Shown here one piece after another: positions 8,295-17,340 of a DNA stretch of 64,000 nt. This DNA is from an uncultured Chitinophagales bacterium (lineage in GTDB: Bacteria; Bacteroidota; Rhodothermia; Balneolales; DATFMH01). The DNA is taken from contig CAZNHE010000002.1 of assembly GCA_964572735.1 (NCBI GenBank), positions 7,684 to 71,683 on the forward strand, in the 5' to 3' direction. A program made the translations under genes and the position numbers. Position 1 is the first letter of the stretch, and each line of letters opens with the position of its first letter. The notes beneath the pieces are model-generated. The model saw only the letters and a list, made by a program, of their open reading frames with translations. It had not been told where the DNA came from and searched no databases.

Positions 8295-8741
8295 ATGGAT
8301 ATTTCCCGCTTAGGAGAGCACAACAGACACATTGAGCAACACAAGTTTCAGGCAGAAATCAAGCCGATTGACAACTATTCGGATACTCCTCCGTCGGATG
8401 CCCCTGATTCTGTCAAATTTACGCCGTCTCATAACGACAAAGTGGAATTATCGGGTAAGTCATCGAAGCAGGAAACCGACATTGCGCGCAAAATCTATGA
8501 TAAACTCGATGCACAAAGCCAGGATAATGTGCATCGTGCCAGAGCAAATATCAAAAATGGTGTTTATAACCTGAGCAACCCCGAAGTAACCCACAAAATT
8601 GTGCAGGGAATCTCCGGACAGGAGGAAAGTACGCCTGTAACTCAGAGCCGGTTGGACGAAATCCGGAATAAAGTTAAAAATAATCAGGACGTTCTTAATA
8701 CCATTTCCCACCGTTTATATTCCTCGTTGAGGAATCTCTGA
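8295..8741 (+). CDS. flgM: Anti-sigma-28 factor FlgM-like protein
   Basis: 148 aa. DKVELSGKSS and RARANIKNGVYNLSNPEVTHKIVQGI resemble the FlgM pattern (D.V.LS ... I..G.Y.vd...iA.kl). Confidence 0.6.
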   Translation: MDISRLGEHNRHIEQHKFQAEIKPIDNYSDTPPSDAPDSVKFTPSHNDKVELSGKSSKQETDIARKIYDKLDAQSQDNVHRARANIKNGVYNLSNPEVTHKIVQGISGQEESTPVTQSRLDEIRNKVKNNQDVLNTISHRLYSSLRNL

Positions 8742-8817
8742 TAAAAATCTGATCAATTAATAGACATATACCTTTCCAAAACGTACCTTTGCGTATAATA
8801 ACAACAGCTAACGAAGG

Positions 8818-10242
8818 GTGGTTTTGAAAGGGCGAATTTTTGTTGTCGATGACGAGTCGTTGATGCTCCAGTATCTGGAGAAGCAATTGGTGTCTAATGG
8901 ATACGAAGTGGCGGCGTTTGATTCTCCACAGGTTGCTTTTGAGGAATTGGGTTCCGGAGACGTGGATCTTGTCATTTCGGATGTGAAGATGCCGGGTGTT
9001 ACCGGCGACGAAGTGCTGGACCACATAAAACGGCATCATCCGGAGGTCGGCGTTATCCTCATTACCGGGTTCGGGAGCATCAGTCATGCGGTGAATGCGG
9101 TGCGTAAGGGTGCGTTCGATTACATCACCAAGCCGTTTGGCGGTGCTGAGATTACCGCACGCGTTAACCGCTTTTTTAAACACCGGGAGGAAACCGGCCG
9201 CGTCAGTTTTGAAGGCGATACCCTGGAGGCACCGGTATCAAAGGAAACGGTTAAGGGGAAACCTGCCGCCAAACCGTCGGTACGATACGAAGCCAAACTG
9301 ATCGGCAGTGACCCCAAAATGCAGCAACTGCTGGAAGTCATCCCCCGCATTGCGCAGAACGATGCGCCGATCCTGATACAGGGAGAAAGCGGAACCGGCA
9401 AGGAGGTTTTTGCCTCGCTGATCCATTATAATAGCGAGAGAGCCGAAGGGCCTTATGTGAAGATCAACTGTGCCAATCTTCCCAGAGAACTTGTGGAAAG
9501 CACATTGTTTGGCCACGTGAAAGGCGCCTTTACGGGTGCCGTGTCAGATGCGAAGGGAGCCTTTGACGAAGCCCGGTGCGGCACCTTATTGCTGGATGAG
9601 ATCACTGAAATCGAATTGTCGGTTCAGGCCAAGTTGCTGCGTGTGTTGCAGGAGCGGGAATTCCGGAGGGTGGGCAGCCAGAAGGAGATCAAGGCCGACG
9701 TACGTGTTATCGCCACGAGCAACCGGAACATCGGAGAAGCCATACGCGAGGGTTCGTTCCGCAAAGATCTTTATTACCGGCTCAGTGTGTTTCCACTTGC
9801 CATCCCTGCCCTGCGGGAGCGCCGTGGCGACATCCCTTTACTTGCAGAATATTTCTGCGATAAGTATGTACATGAGAATGGATCTTCACCAAAGAAAATT
9901 TCAGACGAACTCATGGATTACCTGAAAAATCAGGAGTGGAAAGGCAATGTGAGAGAACTCGAAAACCTGATACAACGCGGCGTTATCATGGCAGGGGACG
10001 CCCCGGGGATAACGCTTGATCATGTTCGTAACCTCCTGTTCGATCAGATTGATGCTTCGTTTCGCGAGGAAGTCTTTGATGAACTGCCCCTGTTACCTAT
10101 CGAGGAAATGGAGATCAGGCTGATTCAGAAGGCGTTGCAACGGACGAACGGTAACCAGAAGGAAGCGGCGCAATTATTGGGTATCTCCGACCGCACCATT
10201 CGTAACAAGCTCAAAAAAGGGAACGACGACGAAGCAGGTTAG
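8818..10242 (+). CDS. Sigma-54-dependent response regulator (NtrC/FleR/FlgR class: receiver, AAA+ and Fis-type HTH domains)
   Basis: 474 aa. Receiver IFVVDDE...ISDVKMPG. Walker A GESGTGKE. GAFTGA sigma-54 contact motif. C-terminal QKEAAQLLGISDRTIRNKL. GTG start. Confidence 0.9.
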   Translation: MVLKGRIFVVDDESLMLQYLEKQLVSNGYEVAAFDSPQVAFEELGSGDVDLVISDVKMPGVTGDEVLDHIKRHHPEVGVILITGFGSISHAVNAVRKGAFDYITKPFGGAEITARVNRFFKHREETGRVSFEGDTLEAPVSKETVKGKPAAKPSVRYEAKLIGSDPKMQQLLEVIPRIAQNDAPILIQGESGTGKEVFASLIHYNSERAEGPYVKINCANLPRELVESTLFGHVKGAFTGAVSDAKGAFDEARCGTLLLDEITEIELSVQAKLLRVLQEREFRRVGSQKEIKADVRVIATSNRNIGEAIREGSFRKDLYYRLSVFPLAIPALRERRGDIPLLAEYFCDKYVHENGSSPKKISDELMDYLKNQEWKGNVRELENLIQRGVIMAGDAPGITLDHVRNLLFDQIDASFREEVFDELPLLPIEEMEIRLIQKALQRTNGNQKEAAQLLGISDRTIRNKLKKGNDDEAG

Positions 10243-10260
10243 CCCCTCAATATCATCATC

Positions 10261-12363
10261 ATGAATACGGGATCCCCGGAGCAGGGTGATATTATTAATC
10301 ATATTGCCGAGACCACGGTTATGCTTACCGGGGTCGACATCCCCATGCTCGGAGCAATACTCCGGGATCTGGATCACCTCGATCCAAAAGTGTTTGCTGC
10401 GGAAATCCGGAAGACCAAAGAAGTAGCTGAAGCTCTCATTCTTGACGAGTTTAAAGATCCCCGGAAGGGACTTTCCGCATTGAACCGGTGTGTGGAACAG
10501 TTGCAAAATGCCTTTAATAACACGCGTTTTGCTTCTCTGGATGAGCGACAGGGTAAACGGAAACGCCTGGAGCAGGAGGATGATACCGGGATATCAGGGG
10601 AGGGAAAAAGCACGATTCCACTCGACGAAGAAGAACAGAACGCTATTCATGAATCCGGGGATACTCCCGGCCGGGAGGAGATAAATACCAACTATGAGGC
10701 TCTTTTAACGGCAATTCGGGAGGATGATACGGTGTATCGCGAGTTTGTCGACGAGGCAGTGGTTAATCTGAGTGAAGTGGAGCAACATCTGTTGGCCCTG
10801 GAATCAAATCCCGATGATCCGTCGCTGATAGATGCCGTCTTTCGTCCGTTTCATACGATAAAAGGTGTGGCCGGTTTTCTGAACCTGGTGGAGATAAACA
10901 AACTCTCGCACCTTTACGAGGATTTGCTGGATAGCATTCGCCGCCGACAGGTGGAAGTCAGCCGGAAGTTGATCGATGTGATCCTTGAAGGGGTCGATAC
11001 GTTGCGCAGGCTTATAAGCGAATTATCCGACGGTCTTAACAAAGATAAAACACCTGATTTTCGGGTAGATCTGGAAGCTTTTCAAAAGAAAATCCAGAAG
11101 GCGCAACAGGGCCGGCCGGGTTCATCGAAAAAACAAAAAAAAGCGGTCGAAACTAAAAAACAGGAAGGGGAATCCCCGGCCAAAGATATTGATCTGATTC
11201 ACGACAGCTATATTCGTGTGGATATTAATAAGCTGGACCAGCTGGTTGATATGATGGGTGAGCTCGTGATCATTCAGAATATTATCACCGATGACCCCCG
11301 GATTGCTAATAATACCGACGAAAAGCTGCAGCGGAATATCACCCAGTTAAAAAGAATTACAGGTCAGTTGCGGGACCTTTCGACGGCGCTGCGTATGGTA
11401 CCGGTACGTGACATGTTTCAGAAGATGCAGCGCGTTGTACGCGATTTAAGCCGTAAATCGAAAAAAGAAATCGCTCTCGAAATCCACGGAGAAACCACGG
11501 AAATAGACCGTAGCATTGCCGACGAGCTCTATGAACCGCTGGTACACATCATCCGTAATAATTGCGACCATGGCATAGAACCCCCGGATGAACGGATGAA
11601 TATGGGGAAATCCAGAACCGGAACGATCGCTCTGAATGCATATCACCATGGCGGCCGGGTCATCCTTGAGATCAGCGACGACGGCCGGGGAATCGATTTC
11701 AAAGCCGTCCGCAAAAAGGCGATCGACCGCAGGCTGATCCGGGCCAATGAGAAAGTGCCGGAAGGAAAACTGCTGGAAATGATCTTTAATCCGGATTTTT
11801 CCACAAGTGAGACCGTAACAGAGATATCGGGACGCGGAGTAGGGCTTGATGTCGTCAAACGTACGGTAAACCGATTGAACGGCAACGTGGAAGTACAAAC
11901 TGAACCCGGAGGGGGCAGTACGTTCGTCATCAATCTGCCCCTGACACTTGCTATGATCGATGGTGTGCTTGTGAAGGTCGGTGGCGAACGGTACATCATA
12001 CCCAGCGTTCACGTGAGAGAAACATTCCGGCCGCTGCAATCGCAGCATCGCTACCTGGCAGGGAAAGGGGAATTCCTGCTGTTTCGTGATGAAATCCTCC
12101 CGCTCATCCGGCTGGGGCGGCTTTTTGAGGTCCATGATGCTGCAGAAGAACTGGAAGAGATGCTGGCTCTGGTTGTTGAGGACAAAAAGAAGAAAGCGGT
12201 CCTGCTGGTAGACCAACTGGTAGACAAACAGGAACTGGTCATCAAGTCGCTGGGCGACCAGTTTGGGCAGTTGGAAGGATTGGCCGGCGGAGCCATTCTC
12301 GCCGACGGACAGATCGGTCTTATCATTGATGTCGGCACCCTCCTTCCCGAGGTTTCCGTCTAA
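10261..12363 (+). CDS. cheA: Chemotaxis histidine kinase CheA, with an N-terminal extension and no recognisable P2 domain
   Basis: 700 aa. HPt motif FRPFHTIKGVAGF (His198). P3 IRVDINKLDQLVDMMGELVI. N-box HIIRNNCDHGIE. G1 DDGRGID. G2 GRGVGLDVV. CheW-like C-terminus. Confidence 0.95.
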   Translation: MNTGSPEQGDIINHIAETTVMLTGVDIPMLGAILRDLDHLDPKVFAAEIRKTKEVAEALILDEFKDPRKGLSALNRCVEQLQNAFNNTRFASLDERQGKRKRLEQEDDTGISGEGKSTIPLDEEEQNAIHESGDTPGREEINTNYEALLTAIREDDTVYREFVDEAVVNLSEVEQHLLALESNPDDPSLIDAVFRPFHTIKGVAGFLNLVEINKLSHLYEDLLDSIRRRQVEVSRKLIDVILEGVDTLRRLISELSDGLNKDKTPDFRVDLEAFQKKIQKAQQGRPGSSKKQKKAVETKKQEGESPAKDIDLIHDSYIRVDINKLDQLVDMMGELVIIQNIITDDPRIANNTDEKLQRNITQLKRITGQLRDLSTALRMVPVRDMFQKMQRVVRDLSRKSKKEIALEIHGETTEIDRSIADELYEPLVHIIRNNCDHGIEPPDERMNMGKSRTGTIALNAYHHGGRVILEISDDGRGIDFKAVRKKAIDRRLIRANEKVPEGKLLEMIFNPDFSTSETVTEISGRGVGLDVVKRTVNRLNGNVEVQTEPGGGSTFVINLPLTLAMIDGVLVKVGGERYIIPSVHVRETFRPLQSQHRYLAGKGEFLLFRDEILPLIRLGRLFEVHDAAEELEEMLALVVEDKKKKAVLLVDQLVDKQELVIKSLGDQFGQLEGLAGGAILADGQIGLIIDVGTLLPEVSV

Positions 12364-12387
12364 ACCAGTTGCCCCGGCAGCCGATAA
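12361..12387 (+). promoter_or_regulatory. Consensus sigma-28 promoter between cheA and cheW
   Basis: TAAA (12361-12364, containing the cheA TAA stop), a 15-nt spacer, then GCCGATAA (12380-12387). This matches TAAA-N15-GCCGATAA exactly. Confidence 0.6.
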
Positions 12388-12524
12388 CCAATATTGAAGA
12401 TTGAGTCCGTCATTTAAAGCCGGAATATGCCGGAGATGTATTTCCCGGAGTAAACTCAATATCAGACGACAGCCGGAGCAAAGCCATCAGCCGTTTGAAT
12501 GGCGTTCCAGAGCCGATTGTGATT

Positions 12525-13106
12525 ATGAAGCGTGATAAAAAGAATACGACCAAAGATGTGAAAGACATGGACCGGAAACCGGGTCATCCGGAAAAGGATC
12601 CTGTCAGAACGGTTTCGTCAGGGAAATATCTGACCTTCGAAATCGACAGCGAAATTTACGGCTTGTACGTAATGAGCGTGCGTGAGATCATCGGTATGGT
12701 AGAGGTGACCCGCGTGCCCCGTACACCGGAGTTTGTGCGGGGGGTGGTCAACCTGCGTGGAAAGGTAATCCCTGTTATCGATTTGAAAAAGCGGTTCAAT
12801 GCAGGTGTTGTTGAGGAAACGGTGCGCACGCCGATCATCATTGTAGAAGCCAGATCGGGCGAGAAACTTACAGGGATGGGGTTGTTGGTGGATCATGTTT
12901 CGGATGTGATCAATGTAAACGAACAGAACCTGGAACCGCTGCCTTCTTTTGGCATTGAACTGGATACCTCTTTTATCGACGGGATCGTTCGCAATGGAGA
13001 AGATGTTATCACTCTGCTGAATATTGACCGTGTCCTCACCAGTACCGAGTTGATCGACATCCGTAAGATGAAAAAGCGACTCGCAGCCGCCGGGGAGGAT
13101 AAATGA
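12525..13106 (+). CDS. cheW: Chemotaxis coupling protein CheW
   Basis: CheW domain GKYLTFEIDSEIYGLYVMSVREIIGM...VVNLRGKVIPVIDL. I prefer the ATG at 12525 over the TTG at 12495. Confidence 0.9.
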   Translation: MKRDKKNTTKDVKDMDRKPGHPEKDPVRTVSSGKYLTFEIDSEIYGLYVMSVREIIGMVEVTRVPRTPEFVRGVVNLRGKVIPVIDLKKRFNAGVVEETVRTPIIIVEARSGEKLTGMGLLVDHVSDVINVNEQNLEPLPSFGIELDTSFIDGIVRNGEDVITLLNIDRVLTSTELIDIRKMKKRLAAAGEDK

Positions 13107-13978
13107 CCGCGCCGGAGCTTCTATCTGCAGAGGTGCCCGACACCCGCCATCTGACGGATGTCCAGTTTGCCTATCTTCAGGATCTGGTATACCGCAAGAT
13201 GGGTATTCGGCTGACAGGGGTGAAAAAAATGATGGTTCAGAACCGACTCGGGCGTTTTGTGCGACGTTCCGGGATCGGGAGCATCACACGCCTGCTGCAC
13301 GCTGTCCATAGAAACGAAGATGGCCCCGAGGCACAGTCGGTGTATGATGCCATTTCCACCAATCATACCTTTTTCTTTCGCGAAATCAATCATTTCAAGT
13401 TCCTCTCGATGGAGCTGCTTACGGAAATGCTTCCGGATGATGAGAAGAACAGGAGGCCGTTAAACGTCTGGAGTGCGGCCTGCTCCAGCGGTGAGGAAGC
13501 CTACAGCCTTGCCATTGTGCTCGAAGAATACAAGCGGGCCCGGCCGCAGTCGCAGCTTGCCTACGAGATTCTCGGCTCCGATATCAACCAGAGTGTGCTG
13601 GAAACGGCAGAACAGGGCATTTATCTCAGGAACACAATCGGCGGCTTCGATTACAGTCTCAAAAAAAATTACTTTCAACAAGGTCGCGGAGCTTTTCAGA
13701 CACTGGTCAAAGTTAAAAAGGAATTGCGCGCGCATATAAAGTTTATAAAACACAATCTGCTTGATACCCCGCCTTCCCTGAATTCGTTCGATATCGTTTT
13801 CTGTCGTAATGTGATGATTTACTTTGATGCCGATTCAAAGCAGGCCTTGTTGAATAACATAAAAAGAGCGTTGCGGCCGGGTGGCTATCTTTTTATAGGA
13901 CATTCTGAAAGCTTATACAACATGACCCCTGATTTCGAGTTGGTTCGCCCGACGATTTATCGTTATACCGGCTTATAA
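13103..13978 (+). CDS. cheR: Chemotaxis protein methyltransferase CheR
   Basis: 291 aa. TNHTFFFRE, VWSAACSSGEEAYSLA, FCRNVMIYFD. ATGA overlap with cheW. Confidence 0.93.
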   Translation: MTAPELLSAEVPDTRHLTDVQFAYLQDLVYRKMGIRLTGVKKMMVQNRLGRFVRRSGIGSITRLLHAVHRNEDGPEAQSVYDAISTNHTFFFREINHFKFLSMELLTEMLPDDEKNRRPLNVWSAACSSGEEAYSLAIVLEEYKRARPQSQLAYEILGSDINQSVLETAEQGIYLRNTIGGFDYSLKKNYFQQGRGAFQTLVKVKKELRAHIKFIKHNLLDTPPSLNSFDIVFCRNVMIYFDADSKQALLNNIKRALRPGGYLFIGHSESLYNMTPDFELVRPTIYRYTGL

Positions 13979-13985
13979 CATATGA

Positions 13986-14501
13986 ATGCATAGATACTTG
14001 ATCCAAAGAAAAATCGTCGGTCTTTCCGAGCTGAAAATCGGTAACAAAGCAGGGGAAGTACTGGTTACTTATTCCCTGGGATCGTGTTTGGCGGTAGTTG
14101 TATACGACCGCATGCAACGGCAGGCCGGGCTTTTGCACGTAATGCTGCCCGATTCGGGCATTGAAAAGCTGTCGAAGTCGTCTGCGGCGTTTAATCCGTT
14201 TAAGTATGTGGATACCGGTGTTTCGGAATTGTTCCGCAGGCTCTACCGACGCGGTGCCGAGAAGAATAACCTGTGCGTCGGGGTGTTTGGGGGCGCAAAG
14301 GTTTTTGCCGGGGACGATTTCTTCAATATTGGCAAGCGAAATTATGTAGCCCTGCGGAAGGTGTTATGGAAAGAAGGAATCCTGATAACCCATGAACACG
14401 TGGGGAGTAATGTTCACCGGACAGTAAAAGTCGATATCGATAATGGCATAATTACTGTAGATGTAAACAACAAAGAAATGATAACCTATCACTGCCTGTG
14501 A
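13986..14501 (+). CDS. cheD: Chemoreceptor glutamine deamidase CheD
   Basis: 171 aa. LGSCLAVVVYD...AGLLHVMLPDS is typical of CheD. Confidence 0.88.
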   Translation: MHRYLIQRKIVGLSELKIGNKAGEVLVTYSLGSCLAVVVYDRMQRQAGLLHVMLPDSGIEKLSKSSAAFNPFKYVDTGVSELFRRLYRRGAEKNNLCVGVFGGAKVFAGDDFFNIGKRNYVALRKVLWKEGILITHEHVGSNVHRTVKVDIDNGIITVDVNNKEMITYHCL

Positions 14502-14553
14502 CGATCGGGAAAGTCTCGTCGCAGCAGCACTAAGCCTTAATAAGGAAACGGGG

Positions 14554-14943
14554 ATGGCATATAATATTTTGATTGTGGATGATATGTCGGTCATGCGGCA
14601 GGTCATGAAAATGACAGTGCAGATATCCGGGGTGAATTTGGGTGAAGTATACGAGGCAGGCAACGGAATCGAAGCACTGAAGCAGGCGCGTGAACATTGG
14701 GTGGATCTGATTATCACAGATCTGAATATGCCGGAAATGGGCGGAATTGAGCTGATAGAGACGTTGAAGAAGGATGAGGTCTTAACATCCATCCCGGTGA
14801 TTGTAGTGTCCATCGAAGGCCGCGACGCTATTGTTACCCGGGCACTTAAATTAGGTGCTTACACGTACATCACAAAACCCTTCCGTCCGGAGGTAATTAA
14901 AAATCACATTCTAAAAGCCCTTGGCTATGATATTTCAGAATGA
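14554..14943 (+). CDS. cheY: Chemotaxis response regulator CheY
   Basis: 129 aa single receiver domain. ILIVDDMSVMR...ITDLNMPEMGG...ITKPF. Confidence 0.9.
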   Translation: MAYNILIVDDMSVMRQVMKMTVQISGVNLGEVYEAGNGIEALKQAREHWVDLIITDLNMPEMGGIELIETLKKDEVLTSIPVIVVSIEGRDAIVTRALKLGAYTYITKPFRPEVIKNHILKALGYDISE

Positions 14944-15385
14944 TTCGACCCTCAGGGAGGTGCTTCAGGAAATCATGCCGGAGATGTTCTTCCTGTTTCC
15001 GGATGTAGATGATGAAGGGAAACCGGTGGAATCCTTAGAACATTTTAATGGGGAATGCCACACCAGTCTCCATTACGGACAAAGCGATTTCTTATTTTTT
15101 GAGTGGAATCTGTCCCTGCTCAAAGATATGGCAGCCAATTTCCTGGGGGCTGACCCGGAAGAAGTTACGGATGATCAAATCAGGTCGATGGCCCTGGAAG
15201 CAACCAATGTGATTGGTGGAAGATATCTGGTCATTGCAGATCCGGAAAAGACGCGGCCCATGTCTCTGCCCCGGCTAATGAATAAAGCCGATTTAGAGAA
15301 ATACAGGGCCGGTATTGCGGTATGGCAGGTTGGATTTGTCAGCGGCCGGCATGAAGTACGTGTCTCGGCTCACCATTTAAAATGA
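14927..15385 (+). CDS. cheX: CheX/CheC-family CheY-P phosphatase
   Basis: About 152 aa. Contains a single S-x3-E-x2-N motif (SMALEATNVIGG) with Pro about 21 residues downstream, as in the CheC/CheX/FliY family. Overlaps the end of cheY. Confidence 0.65.
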   Translation: MIFQNDSTLREVLQEIMPEMFFLFPDVDDEGKPVESLEHFNGECHTSLHYGQSDFLFFEWNLSLLKDMAANFLGADPEEVTDDQIRSMALEATNVIGGRYLVIADPEKTRPMSLPRLMNKADLEKYRAGIAVWQVGFVSGRHEVRVSAHHLK

Positions 15386-15404
15386 TTTTCTAAACCATCT
15401 GTGA

Positions 15405-16475
15405 GTGAAAAGAGTACTCATTGTAGATGACTCCGCGGTATTCCGGAAGTTTCTTGCTGAGGAGTTAAACCGGTATCCGGATATTGAGGTTGTCGCAACG
15501 GCCTCGGATCCTTATGTGGCAAGAGACAAGCTGGTACGCCTGGATCCCGATATTGTTACCGTGGATGTGGATATGCCGCGCATGGACGGGATTTCATTCC
15601 TGCGCAAGGTGATGCGTTATTATCCCAAACCGGTGATTGTACTTAGCGCCGACACCAGCAGGGAAAGTCTTCGCGGACTGGAAGCAATGGAAGCCGGAGC
15701 TGTCGACGTAATGGTGAAACCGGCCGATTCGGGTGCCATCGGGCAGTTCCTTCAGCAAATGGTGCGGGCAATCAGGCAAGCCTCCGATATCCGGCTTGCA
15801 AACCTGGGGAAAGGCCGGCTAAATCTTTCCGATTTAGAAAAAATGATGGATATCCCTGCCCTGGAGATGAAGAATCCTCACAAATGGCTTTTAGTAATGG
15901 GGGCCTCGACCGGCGGAACGGAGGCCCTCAAGTATATTATGAAGCGAATGCCTGCCGATAGTCCGCCTGTGTTGATCGTGCAGCACATGGCGTCCCATTT
16001 TACCCGGTTTTTTGCCGGGCGATTAAATACTATATCGGCAATGGAGGTTCAGGAAGCCGGGAATGGCGACCTCGTGGAACCCGGGCGGGCCTTTATCGCC
16101 CCGGGCAACCATCACCTGATTCTCGGCAGCGAAAACGGGAGGCTCAAAACGATGTTGCGACAAGGGCCTCTTGTGAATCAACATCGTCCGTCTGTGGATG
16201 TCCTGTTCAAATCAGTGGCACGGATACCTGATCTCAACGTCATATCCATATTGCTGACAGGGATGGGGAAAGACGGGGCTGTGGGCATGCTGGACCTTAA
16301 AAGGGCGGGATCGCTGACTATCGCCCAGAGTGAACGTACTTGTGCCGTGTTTGGGATGCCCGGAGCTGCTATCCGGATCGGTGCGGTCGATTACACGGAG
16401 GATCTGGAAAATATACCTGCGCGCATTTTCAAAATCCTCCTGGGAGAGGCGAGACAGCAGGTAATCACAAAGTAA
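15405..16475 (+). CDS. cheB: Chemotaxis methylesterase/deamidase CheB (receiver plus CheB catalytic domain)
   Basis: 356 aa. VLIVDDSAVFR...TVDVDMPRMDG. Catalytic GASTGGTEAL...VQHM...GMGKDG. GTG start. Confidence 0.93.
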   Translation: MKRVLIVDDSAVFRKFLAEELNRYPDIEVVATASDPYVARDKLVRLDPDIVTVDVDMPRMDGISFLRKVMRYYPKPVIVLSADTSRESLRGLEAMEAGAVDVMVKPADSGAIGQFLQQMVRAIRQASDIRLANLGKGRLNLSDLEKMMDIPALEMKNPHKWLLVMGASTGGTEALKYIMKRMPADSPPVLIVQHMASHFTRFFAGRLNTISAMEVQEAGNGDLVEPGRAFIAPGNHHLILGSENGRLKTMLRQGPLVNQHRPSVDVLFKSVARIPDLNVISILLTGMGKDGAVGMLDLKRAGSLTIAQSERTCAVFGMPGAAIRIGAVDYTEDLENIPARIFKILLGEARQQVITK

Positions 16476-16622
16476 CCGATGAATTCCTCCGCGTGATCAT
16501 GGGGCGGACGCGAAAAAAGGGGATGAACCGCAAACGGAGCTGCCGGCACCGGATATGCAGGTTTCCCACCCTTGATAATGGTTTTTTCCAGGAAGCAGGT
16601 GCTTCCTGATCTCCAGGCACGG

Positions 16623-17336
16623 TTAGCCGAACAGGCGATCGATCTCGTCCTGGGTCATATCCGGTTTATGAAGAGGATTGTTCCGGTCCCCGGAGGGTTC
16701 TCCGTCGGCAGTGAGCTTTCCGTCGTCGACGATAAAGGAGTTAAGGATATGATCGATTTCTTCGGGATCAACGCCGAGTGATTGCATCAGGTATTCCTTT
16801 GTTCCCTCTGAAACGTCCAGTTTGTTGATGCAGGAGAACAGGGAGATAAGTTTCGACTGCGCCTGGCTCAGCACTTTCTTCACATGAATCAGTTTTTGGG
16901 ATACGATATCATGAAATTGCAAGGCGTTAATGATCTCATCGGTATCCTGACGAAACTGCTCCAGTTCGTTTGCAAAGGCTTCCGGCGGTTGCTTTGCCAC
17001 CTTTTCTTTTGTATCCCATTGATCGAGACGTTTCTGAACACTGGTTACACGACCCATGATCCGGAAGGTGGAGCCGGTCATTTGTTCGATAGATTCTCCG
17101 AGAACCCGGGCCATATTCGGCATGATGCCCTGGTTGACCAGGGTGTGATCGGAAACGTGCCCCAGTAATGGAGTCATATCATTCAGGAAAAGGAACAACT
17201 CCTCCAGCAGTGGCATGATCTCCTCGCCCAGGGAAAATAATTCCTTGAGATGCCGGATGCGATCCATGATCTCGTCATAATGCCGTCCATCGCCGGAGAA
17301 AGATGGAGTTGCGGGTCGTAAGTTTTCAGAGGGCAT
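16623..17336 (-). CDS. Divergent CheZ-like CheY-P phosphatase
   Basis: 237 aa helical protein immediately downstream of a cheY. ALQFHDIVSQKLIHVKKVL aligns by eye with E. coli CheZ AQDFQDLTGQVIKRMMDVI (D-x3-Q; here D143/Q147). The C-terminus DMTQDEIDRLFG resembles CheY-binding peptides. Confidence 0.55.
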   Translation of the reverse strand: MPSENLRPATPSFSGDGRHYDEIMDRIRHLKELFSLGEEIMPLLEELFLFLNDMTPLLGHVSDHTLVNQGIMPNMARVLGESIEQMTGSTFRIMGRVTSVQKRLDQWDTKEKVAKQPPEAFANELEQFRQDTDEIINALQFHDIVSQKLIHVKKVLSQAQSKLISLFSCINKLDVSEGTKEYLMQSLGVDPEEIDHILNSFIVDDGKLTADGEPSGDRNNPLHKPDMTQDEIDRLFG

Positions 17337-17340
17337 TTTA

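Noticed and set aside
9835-9865. CGATAAGT sigma-28-like -10 inside the sigma-54 activator gene, and GCCGATAA words inside eno (35279), flgH (24957) and the GT gene (1025)
   Set aside because: There is no TAAA-like -35 at the required 15-nt spacing. All are intragenic, and the word is expected by chance in 64 kb.
11446-12459. 337-aa ORF on the minus strand
   Set aside because: It is entirely antisense to cheA, whose kinase motifs are unambiguous. The translated sequence is low-complexity with no motif, so it is a shadow ORF.
16590-16606. Hairpin GGAAGC-AGGT-GCTTCC between convergent cheB and the CheZ-like gene, considered as a terminator
   Set aside because: The T-run precedes the stem on the plus strand, which means an A-run follows it on the minus strand. 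It therefore fits neither orientation of an intrinsic terminator.
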